In this document: positions 53,973-64,000 of the stretch, piece by piece | Layout of the letters: every line of letters starts with the position of its first letter | How positions within the stretch are numbered: the stretch's first letter is position 1 | NCBI RefSeq assembly: GCF_036321535.1 | Contig: NC_087436.1 | Coordinates: forward strand, 73,162,001 to 73,226,000 | Source: Camelus dromedarius | Lineage: Eukaryota | Length of the DNA stretch: 64,000 bases | Direction: 5' to 3' | Made by a program: the position numbers and the translations under genes | The notes under the pieces: generated by a model | Told to the model about the DNA's origin: nothing | Databases searched by the model: none | The model's input: the letters and a program-made list of their open reading frames with translations, nothing else

Positions 53973-54569
53973 TGCTATTAATTCCTCTCTGAGCTGTACC
54001 CCACAAATTTTGATATATCATGATGTCACTGAAATTCACTTCAAAGTACTTTCTGATTCCTAATTATCCCATTTCTGGATCCATTACTCACCTCCTTCTT
54101 CAACCAATGCCAGAGAAAGAGTAGCAGCAAACTTGGGTGATGGCAACTAACAGTTTACAGAACATTTCTTCGCTTCATTTAGACCTCACAATACCATTCC
54201 ATTTCACAGAAGAAACTATAATTTAATCAGGAGATTAAAACAAGTTGCCCAAAGTTGAAACATCAGTAAAGACAGATTCAAGCCTTACTCGGATTGTCTG
54301 ACTGTAAATCCCATTCTCTTTCCACTGTACTTTTCTTAGATCTCTGAAGGTCTAAGTTAAAACCTTTTGGTAAGTTAAGTTTCTAAGATAGTTTGTATTT
54401 TAAAAGGAGACTTTCAAAGATCTTCAAAGGATGCTCAGATTTCTAACTGTGGTAATATCAGATGCAATCACCACAGAGAGCCAGCAATGTCTCTGTCCAA
54501 TCAGCCCCCTCTCACCTTTGAAATCATCCTCTGCTGGCTCCTCTGGTAATGAAGCCAATGAATCCAGGT

Positions 54570-54745
54570 GGCTTGCATGAATTTCATGTCTTTTAAGAAC
54601 AGGTCCTCAGAATGGCATTTGGAAGACTCCCCTTGGGAGCCCCCAGGGGTTCTGGTCCAATTAGTACTGGTTGGAATGCAGGGATGTAGATTTCTTAGCA
54701 AGCATCTTAAGGTAATTCTGATGCAGGATGTTAGGGGATCACCCT
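54570..54745. mobile_element. MER5-like hAT-Charlie MITE fragment
   Basis: tttcttagcaagcatcttaaggtaattctgatgcagg; recollection of the MER5 end. Confidence 0.45.
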
Positions 54746-56017
54746 AAACTGGTAGGAAGAGGGTAGAGGGTAGGTAAGGATCAGGGGAGACAGGAGGAGG
54801 TGGTAGAGGCAGGCGAGGGTGGGTATGAAGTGCTTGTAAGCCCCCTTGGGGATTTAAATCTCATCCTAAGTGTAGTGAGGAATAATTGAGCTTTTAAGCA
54901 GAGGAGTTACCTAATAGATTGAGAGTTTAGAAAGATCAGGAAAGTGGAATGTGCAGAATGAACTACTGGGGTCAAAGACAGGAGGTGAGGAGAGCAGCTG
55001 GAGGCTGTTACAGCAGTTCCTGAGAGGCTGGTGGCTTGGACAATGATATCGGTGGTAGGGATAGAAAGACTTCAAGAAAGAAAAAAAATGAACATACATG
55101 AAGAGACAACACCCAGTGAAAGGGTTCAATGAAATGAAAAAATAACAAAAAGCAGAATGTAAATTGCTAGTGAGGACCTATAAACAAAAAGGCATCATAA
55201 TCCCAGAAATGGTGATTGAGGGTCCAGGGGAGAATATTTCACCCAGAGGACTTCGAAAGCTTCCTTGACTCTGTCCTTTCCAGAGACTTATTGTTTATGT
55301 TAATAAAGGGAATTTACTGCCTCAGATCATAAAGGCTGCTGCTCAGCCTGAAATCTGTTCAGCGACCGTGCTAACAACAGCCATATTTTTTAGCAGAGCC
55401 CTCTTGCAAGCAGTTTTATGATCTCGCTCATGAAAGTCCTTCCCAACCGGCCCCATATCCCCTATGTTGCACCTTATTTATGGGCTGAGGTGCTCTGCCC
55501 TTCATTACAGCATCATCCCTCAGTCTGCTATAAAGCTCGGGAATGAACTTGGTCCTGAGTCCAACGTAAAATGTATTCAGAGAAAAAAACTTGGCATGGA
55601 TGGCCACATTTCAGTCCCAGGATTCTGTGAACGGCCTCTCATGAGTAATGTAAATCAGATTTGTGGATTTATATATGCACTATATTTACACTGTCCAATA
55701 TTATTTTTAATCATATCATATGCCATCTCCCTGAAGCTGGTACAAAAGGTTATGGGCTCAAGTCCCACTGAGGTTGCCTCCAGATTGTCAATTATATTTT
55801 TAACCCACATATACTCATATAACTTTATTTTTCCAAGCAACATCAATCACAGTCCAATAAAGTGATAATAATTTTCTTCGTATTCAGTTAAAGGAAGAAA
55901 ACTGCCAAGGAAAAAAAGAGATGATACCTACCAGAAAAGCCTAAAAACAAAACAAAAGAGATGGGAGAAGTAACTGAACTTACCAAATAAAGTAGAAGAC
56001 AGCACAGAGCCTCGGAA

Positions 56018-56200
56018 CAGCAGTCCTCAGCCCTGACCTCGCATGAGAGTCACCTGGAGCTCTTTTAGACTAAATAGCCCCACCTATGACAATTAGCGCC
56101 TACCTCTGCGGGGGCGGGGGGGTGGGGGTTCCAAGCAAATGTGTGCTTTAAAAACTGCAAGTACGGTGTTTCCAGTGTGCAGCACAGAGCATTACTGCTC
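56018..56200. mobile_element. MER5-like hAT-Charlie MITE
   Basis: cagcagtcctcagccctg...gagtcacctggagctctttta...tttaaaaactgc...ccagtgtgcagc...cattactgctcta. Confidence 0.55.
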
Positions 56201-56529
56201 TAGGAAACAGAAGAAGATTGATGTGGACTTATCAGCATCCAAGAATCCATATCTGACATATTGTGGGACAAAGATTAATCCAAGGTATCTGTGTCTTCTT
56301 TCCCATACTAAAATGTATAACTTTTGTCTATGCTAAACTTACAAAGAAAAAAAAAAAGGTCCTTTTTTAAATTTTTGTGTTTCAGAAAGGAATATAGTCA
56401 TTGGTTTTTTAATCTTTTAAAAACATTAATCAGATAGTATCACTTTTAGAAATGAGTATAGCTTTGCTGCTTTTTCTCATCCTTTAAAATCATGAAGTAG
56501 ATCATGTCACTTCCCTGAAGGACTCCTTG

Positions 56530-56654
56530 TATTTGCAAGGCCTGAGCAGATGGACAAATGGAAGCCACACACTGTTTACTTAAATGTTTAAATTGATAGT
56601 TCAAGCTACTAACTTGTTAAATAACATATATTCCATCCTCCTACTTTGACAAAT
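56530..56654. mobile_element. hAT (MER96B-like) fragment, probably continuing beyond the L1 at ~57515-57790
   Basis: acaaatggaagccacacac...taaatgtttaaa...tgttaaataacatatattccatcctcctactttgacaaat matches recalled MER96B. Confidence 0.5.
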
Positions 56655-57512
56655 TCTCAACATCACTAATTATCAGAGAAGTGCAAATCAAAACTACACT
56701 GAGGTAGCACCTCACACCAGTCAGAATGGCCATCATTGAAGACTCTGCAAATAATAAGTGCTGGAGGAGGTGTGAAGAAAAGGGAAGCTCCTACACTGTT
56801 GGTGGGAATGTAATTTGGTGCAACCACTATGGAGAACAGTACAGAGGTTTCTTAGAAAACTAAAAATGGAGCTACTGTATGAGCAGCAATCCCACGCCTG
56901 AGCATATATCCAGAAAAGATGAAAACTGTAATTCAAAAAGATATATGCACTTCAGTGTTCATAGCAGCACTGTTTACAATAGCCAAGACATGGAAGCAAC
57001 CTAAATGTCCATTAACAGATGATTGGATAAAGAAGATGTGGGATATATATACAGTGGAATATTACTCAGTTGTAAAAAAAGAACAATATTACCATTTGCA
57101 GCAACATGGATGGACCTAGAGATTATCATACTAAGGGAAGTCAGCCAGAGAATGACAAATATTATATAATATCACTTATATGTGGAATCTAAAAATAATA
57201 CAAATGAATTTATTTACAAAACAGAAATAGACTCACAGATATAGAAAACAAACATGATTACCAAAGGGGGAAGGGGGATGATAAATTAGGAATATGGGAT
57301 AAATAGATAAAAAATAATATGTATAAAATAGATAAATAACAAGGATTTACTGTATAGCACAGGGAACTATATTCAGTATCTTGTAATAACCTATAATGGA
57401 AAAGGATCTGAAAAAATATACATATATACATATAAAACTGAATCATTTTGCTGTACACCTGAAATTAACACAATACTGTAAATCAACTATACTTCAACCA
57501 AAAAAATCAAAA
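56655..57512 (+). mobile_element. 5'-truncated L1 (ORF2 C-terminus + 3' UTR)
   Basis: ctcaacatcactaattatcagagaagtgcaaatcaaaac...[18 protein letters not shown]...aatcaactatacttcaa + A tail. Confidence 0.95.
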
Positions 57513-58189
57513 AATATTTGTACAGCTTTTATGTAATTAAAAGTTGGCAAAATATCAAAAATAACTGAATTTAACTATTATGACACATATCTGAGTATTC
57601 TGTTGATGGGCCAGAAAAATTTGCATGGGTAAAAAGTAAAGATGTATATAGCTCATAAATTATCTATTTTCAGAATAAAATTTATTGTGCTTGCCTTCAT
57701 TCCAATAAAATGAATAATTATATTATCATAATCAAGATTGTCACATAATTTGTGTTCTATTGACAGTAATGTCAAATTGATCCCATTTCTTGAGCTATTA
57801 TAGTTCTTAGTTTTTTTAAATTAATTTCAACTTGGAGAAATTTCCCTAGAAAGCAATCAGAATTGTTGATAAAATCCTTAAACCAACATTTAGATTCAAA
57901 AATAAACCTCAGATACCATGTTCAAATACTTTAACAGGGTTACAAATAATAATTATTACTGCAGAAAGCACTGCAAAACACTTTAATTTTATCCTGCCAC
58001 CACTTACATCACTATTTTCACCATAAAGTAATGCTTGGAACCTGAAGACTGTTTCTCCTACGTGTGTGCTTTGCATGCATATGTGTACATGTATGTGTGT
58101 GTGACATATGTAGTGCCCACTAAAGCATGGGCTCCAGCACAGGACCCCCTCTTATTTAGTCTAGGCAGCAGTGCTTTTCTTCTCATTGC

Positions 58190-58990
58190 CCTTCCGTGGC
58201 TTCCCTGAGAATTAAATCTAACTCTTTGCCAAGGACCACAAGTCTTCATAAGGCCTTCTTATCAGGTCTGGCATCTGCCCAGCTGAGCCTCTGTCACCCT
58301 CTCTCCTGCTCTTGTTTACTCTGCTTCAGCTACAGTGGTCTCTGGTCTGCTTCTAAGACACCGCAACCTTCTTTCTACTCAAGAACTTTGCACTTGCTGT
58401 TCCCCCAGCCTCCCAGCACAGCTCTTTACATGGTTGGCTTTTTTGGGTTCTTGGAGTTTCAGCTGAAGGCAGACAGATGGTATCTGTGGTAATTAAAGGT
58501 ACAAATTCTGGAGCTAAACTCCCCAGGTGCAAATTTGGCTCTACTATTTATCATCTGTGTAGTCCTGGACCAGTCTCCGAATGGCTCCATCCTTCAGTTT
58601 CCTGATTATAGAAAGGAGACAGTCATACTTGCTCATAGGGTTACTCTGTGGATTGAATGAGTTAATATAAATAAAACACTTAAGACCAGGCTTAGCATAG
58701 AAAGCTAAGTTTCAGTACATCACAGCTTAAGAAAGCAAAAGTCACCTCCTCAAAGATGCTCTCCCTAACGGCCCATACCAACATAGCTTCCCACTAACAC
58801 GTTACTATTTCATTTTTTACGATATTTATTCCTATCTAGAATTGCATTGCTTATTTTTTGTAATGATTTATTGTCTGTCTCCCCTAGATGGCAAGTTTTA
58901 TTAGCACTGAGCCCTTGTCTGAGAGTTCACTGCTGCCTCCTCTTATACCTGGCACATAATAGGGCTCAATAAACATCTGCTGAATAAATT
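58190..58990. mobile_element. L2 3' fragments with a nested MIR (~58485-58715)
   Basis: L2: ctttgcacttgctgttccc..., cctggcacataatagggctcaataaacatctgctgaataaat; MIR: ggattgaatgagttaatata...aaacacttaag. Confidence 0.7.
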
Positions 58991-60717
58991 ATTTTTTCTA
59001 AAAGATGCCAACTTCAAACTAAATCAGAAATTACAGATTTGGGGGAGGGAGGGTGTTAAAAAAAGAAAAAAAACAACTTACTCTCCTTTCCCAACTAACT
59101 TTTCTCAAATTGTACTCGTTTATGATAGGTTAGCAGGTATCTGTGCAAGGCTGTGATGTGCCAAAAAGTGAAGGCAATATGGAGGTCATGGTGCTGAAGA
59201 TGGCCGACCGCTCACCAGTAACGAGAAACATCTGCTAACAGCCCCAAGAGAAGTGGGATCTTTGCAGTTATTCGGTCAGTTTAGTCAATGTGGACTTCTC
59301 GCCTGGTCAATGTAAGATGCTGTTTGTAATTAATGAGGAAATTGACCAGTAAATGACTGGTGCCTTGTACACTGGAGAGAGTCGTAAAGTATGGAGGGAA
59401 CTTCTCTTTAAAGAAAAAGCAAAAAGCATTGACCTTCATAGATCATCAAAAGTTATGAATGAACACCAATCACACCAGGGATGCCATGTGAAATTATTCC
59501 TTCTGAGATAAGAATAAAAATCCTGTTGTTCCAGCTTTGAATCCATTTTTTGGCTGACTATTGTCTTGCTTTCCCCAGATTTCCTTCGCATACATGACAC
59601 TAGCATCAAGCCAGGACAGTGAGAAAGCAATGAATTCTAGCATAATTTGGGTAAGTTTACAGAGAGCTGAATCTCAAGAGTCTTTGTCACTTTCCCATAT
59701 AAGGAAGCTGTTTGTTGCCACTGCTGCCAGTGGTAACAATCTTCACATCTCTGGCCCCTTGGCCCCCCCTGCCCCTCCTGCATTCCTGCAGTCCTCAATT
59801 TTCCAGCTCCTTCCTATACTTTAGGCTGGAAAATTAATTTGGCTTCCTTTGAGCTGTTTGGAAGAAAAATGAGACAGAAAGAAAAAATTTTAAAATGATT
59901 ATTGGCATTGTGTAGAAAGAAACCAGTCATCTGAGTTAAAACTTATATCAGAAATGTACTTAATAATGCCAAAAACAAGCTTCAAAAGTGGGTCTCAGGT
60001 TCTCACTATTGCAAGTATAGTGAAATGTGTAAGAATGACTCAAACAATTCCAAATGGTGTTTTGGTTCCCTGACCAATCCATCAGGAAGGATGCTATTAA
60101 TTTATGTTAAGCTGAGCACTTCTCCAGTGTTCAATCACTAACATCCTGCAGAATAAAATAGTGGAAGACTGCACCTCCTTACAGTCACCCACAAATAGCT
60201 GTAGTGGCTGTTTTTTGGCTTGGGTTTTTTTTTATTTTAATCTATAGCACAAATTTCCAACAAGACTCTGTCAATAAGTTCCCTTAGATTACATCCTTTT
60301 GATGGTTTATTGACAATAAAGCAATAAAATAAAGATCAAAAATTTGCTTCGTGCTAGAGAAGCTATTACTCCAAGTCTTCAAAGAGTAAATGAGAAGAAA
60401 TATTAAGATGTGAATTCACTCACACAGTTACTGTGGAGGAAATTTGTAAATGTGCATTATTGTATTATCAGTAGTGGGAAGACCAGGAAAAGAGAGTGAG
60501 TTCAGCTATTTATTATCTGCCAGCCTACCTGTGAAGCAGTGAGAATAACAGTACAGCACGGACCAGTACTACCTGGCTCCAAAAAATTTTTAATACTTGG
60601 TTTTGGTCAAAAGATGTCTTCTTAAGCAAGGGAGGGAATTGAGCTGGTAACAACTAGACCACGCCCACTCACCTACCCATCCGATTCTCTGGGTGGGTCC
60701 CAATGAAAGAGAAGCTC

Positions 60718-60849
60718 AAAAATGTGACAATGAATATATATATGTTCCTGTACAACTGAAAAATTGTGCTCTACACTGGACTCTGACACAACATTGTAAA
60801 ATGATTATAAATCAATAAAAAATGTTATATTGTTTAAAAAAAAAAAGAG
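60718..60849 (+). mobile_element. Very short young L1 3' tail (camelid-type) with TSD
   Basis: aaaaatgtgacaatgaatatat...aaattgtgctctacactgga...caacattgtaaaatga...aataaa + poly-A; TSD AGAGAAGCTC at 60708-60717 and 60850-60859. Confidence 0.85.
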
Positions 60850-61442
60850 AGAGAAGCTCTGACTCTGATGTAGTAGCCTCTGGAAAATCACATCTGAGGG
60901 ACAGGACTGTTCCATAAGGCTGAAGGATACACACACAGGCTCCTAGCCAGCAAGGTGAAATTGGCCAAAATTCCACTCACCAATAGTGTCTGGCTCAAGA
61001 CTGAGCCCAGCTGGAAGGTGCGTCCTTGTCTATGTTTCTGCTCAGAGTGCCTTTTTCTCTTCCATTAAAAGGGGCCACATAGGAAGTACCTACTCTAGTA
61101 CGAGTCTAAGCTCCAGCCTTACCTTTCCTACACATGAAGGCTTGGGCCTTTCTCTCTCTGTGATCTTTATACATACGTCTATACTTAAGCACTTATCACA
61201 TTGTGTTAGCTTATTTGCATGTCTGTCTTCCCATAAGATTGTGAGATTCCTGAAAGTAATCATATTCCTGTCTTTATTTTCATTTCTTAGCATAGAACCT
61301 GGTACAAAATAATTTGTGCCAATGCTTAAAAAGCACGCTTGTTGTATGAGGGTTTGGAAAGATGGATGGATGGTTGGACACATGGATGGATGGATGGACA
61401 GATGAGTGGAATCCAGAAAACCTCTATCAAGAACATGAAAAT

Positions 61443-61554
61443 GGTATAATGGAAAAGAATCTGAAAAAGAATAGATAAATTTATATATGTATAACTGAAT
61501 CACTTTGCTGTACACCTGAAATATTGTAAATCAACTATACTTCAATTTTTAAAA
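61443..61554 (+). mobile_element. Very short L1 3' tail with TSD
   Basis: ataatggaaaagaatctgaaaaagaa...gctgtacacctgaa...caactatacttcaat; TSD AAGAACATGAAAAT (61429-61442) / AAGAACATGGAAAT (61555-61568). Confidence 0.9.
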
Positions 61555-62709
61555 AAGAACATGGAAATAGGCTTGGAGTCAGGGCAGAGGACTCCACTTC
61601 TGCTCTCTCTCTATCCCTTGACACTATTAGTGAGTGAGCAGAGAATAAAAGTCAAAGTTGCCAAATGAAGATTTTGTTAATGATAGCATACCTTACTCAA
61701 TAAGCCAACACAACTGTATGCAACTAACCCTGTCCTGTGTTTTTAGAGGTTGTGCTAGGTAGCCCCCGCCACGATCAAATACCCACCCTTCTCCACCCCA
61801 CTTAGTACCCCAGGAGGCTGGCCTATATGGGCAACATCAAGGCACCTAAAGAAGCACTCTGAGGCATGTTACCCTCTCCCTGGCTTTCCCCATCCCCCAG
61901 CCTCAAAACATATATTTTCTGAATATTCCTTAAAGTGAGAGAATATAGACATAAATATCACCCTTCCTAAAGTTCCCCTGTAGATGGTGGAGACTTTCAC
62001 TAATTGTGAGCTCTCTGATAAGCAATCTAACGCTTGGGTGGAAAGCAGTTTTAATGGAGCCTTTATTTCCTTGGAAACCAGCCTCCGGTGCAGAGCACTG
62101 AGTACTCGAACATCAACAGCAGCAAATCCACTCCAAGCACAACAGAACAAGCAAATATCCTTTATTTAACAAATTTGAATGCTTTGCCTCCTCACTGGAG
62201 GCAAGCTGCGGGGGGCGGACATTTTCTTCTAAAGCTTGTTCTCTAATCCATCACTTCTCAAACTCCTTTAAAAGAGTGTAAGTGGAAAAATACACTATGT
62301 TGTAGTACACAGCAGAACAGATAGTTGAGGTTGTTGGTTGCTACAGACAACTAGCTCAAGGGCTCCATCCCAGTATCACCTGTAGTACCAAAGGGGAGCG
62401 GTATCTTGGCACAGGGCATCCCCCGTTTGTGTGGCTCAGCGAATTCCAGGGCTGAAAATAGACAGGTGGCACGTACTTCACACATCCCTGATACTGACAC
62501 TGAACAGTGGACCCGGGAGGCTTCCACTAGAACCACAGCCTCCATGCCCCTGAAAACTGGGTGTCATCGTGGCCACCACTGTTGCCATCTCAGAGTGGAT
62601 TGTGCCTGGCTTATTTCATGGAGCTGGGAGGGTGATTTGGTCCGTTGTTTTCCGGTGAGTAGTCTCCAAGCCTGGTTATCCAGGCTTTTTCGGAAAGTAT
62701 AACCTCTCT

Positions 62710-63722
62710 TTATTTAATATTTTAAATTCATTCACATTGTTCTAAGCTCAAAGCACAACAATAAGAGATGCTAAAGAAGTTTCCTTCTCCCTTTGCACCC
62801 CATCGGCCCTCAGACCTTCAGGTAACCACTCTTAAAAGTTTGTGTAGGGGTAGGGATACCTTAGGAGTTTGGGATTAACAAATACACACTACTATATATA
62901 AAACAGATAAACAACAAGGACCCACTGTATAGCACAGGGAACTATATTCAATTTCTCATAATGAGCTGTAATGGAAAAGAATCTGAAAAAAAATACATGT
63001 ATGTATTACTGTACAATCACCTTCCTGTACACCTGAAACTAACATTGTAAATAGACTGCACTTCAATAAGAAAACAAGAATTTTTTAAAAAATTTTAGGT
63101 ATCCTCCCAGCTTTTCTTTTTGCAAGCATAATGAACACAAATATTATTTTCAATTCCTTTTCTTGCACAAATGGTAGCAGTGCTATCCACATACTATGTG
63201 TCTGTATGCATTCTCTTACAACTTCCTTTTTTTACTTAACAAAATATCCACATGGGTACACAGAGCGCCTTCTCATCCTCTTTTACAGTGACACGGAATT
63301 CCATTGCGTGGATGCACCACAGTTTATTTTAACCAGTATCTATTGATGTTCATTTGGCTTGTTCCCAATTTTTAGCTATTGTAAACAGCGCTATATATGT
63401 CATTTTTTACGAATATAGATATGTCTTTAGAAGAATTCCCAGAAACAGGACTACTGGGTCAAAAGATAAGTGCATTTGTAATTTAGATAAATATCACCAA
63501 ATTGATCTCCAGAGAAGTTTATCATTTTGTACCCCTACCAGCAATGTCTAGGGGTGCCTATTCCTCCAGAGCCTTGCTAACAGAGTATGTTATCCAATTT
63601 TTGGACTTTTGCCATCCTGATAGGTGAAAAATGAAGTCTTAGTGTAGTTTTAAATTTCATTTATCTTATTGTGAGGGAGGTTTATCATCTTTTCATTTGT
63701 TTAAGGCCATCTGCATTTCCTA
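62710..63722 (-). mobile_element. Old L1M (ME/MD-like) 3' region
   Basis: ggtaaccactctt...[L1 insert]...cattttgtacccctaccagcaatgt...tttgccatcctgataggtgaaaaatg. Confidence 0.75.
62846..63090 (+). mobile_element. L1 3' tail nested in an older L1
   Basis: ggagtttgggattaacaaatacacactactatatataaaacagataaacaacaaggacc...cagggaactatattcaa. Confidence 0.9.
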
Positions 63723-64000
63723 ATAGTAAGGCCTCTTTCTTCTGGAATTAGCCCAAGCTAGTTTCTATTGCTATAGACTGTTACACTATTTAAAACCCCT
63801 TTCTCCTGGAAGCCAGAGTGTCTCCCCATGTATTTATTTTTATATTTGGTCCTTGAAGGACCAAGATGGAAGAAGTGGATTTCACCTGAAGTATCCATCC
63901 TTCTAGAGATAAAGGAAAAGGAGTCCCAAGTGACTGTGGGTGGCCTCTGCCTCCAACTTTGGCTCCAGCTTCCCAGGCTTTATCAGGTCTTGCTGTTAAG

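Noticed and set aside
1..64000. CRISPR array, prokaryotic operon or host gene structure
   Set aside because: The sequence is mammalian; there is no repeat-spacer array, CpG-island promoter or consistent exon chain that I can support. Small exons could be missed by eye.

Overview
Mammalian, AT-rich, repeat-dense intergenic or intronic DNA. I find no supportable host protein-coding exon, RNA gene, CpG island or CRISPR-type array. The repeats are MIR, L2, old L1M, MaLR/ERV LTRs, MER-type DNA transposons and many cetartiodactyl-type L1 3' ends, with no Alu, B1, Bov-tA, PRE-1 or SINEC. This points to a cetartiodactyl, most likely a camelid (inference). The most notable hidden element is a near full-length but stop- and frameshift-riddled hAT (Ac/ZBED-like) transposase on the minus strand (~36750-38500), in which the conserved motifs, including the DDE positions, can still be read in order. 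Other oddities are a TSD-bounded L1 whose 3' end is replaced by an older L1M-type tail, an exact 33-bp duplication inside an L1 microsatellite 1.9 kb from its source, a twin-primed L1 with a possible mini 3' transduction, and an intact solo ERV LTR. Repeat family names come from recalled consensus sequences, not a database search, and most boundaries are approximate.
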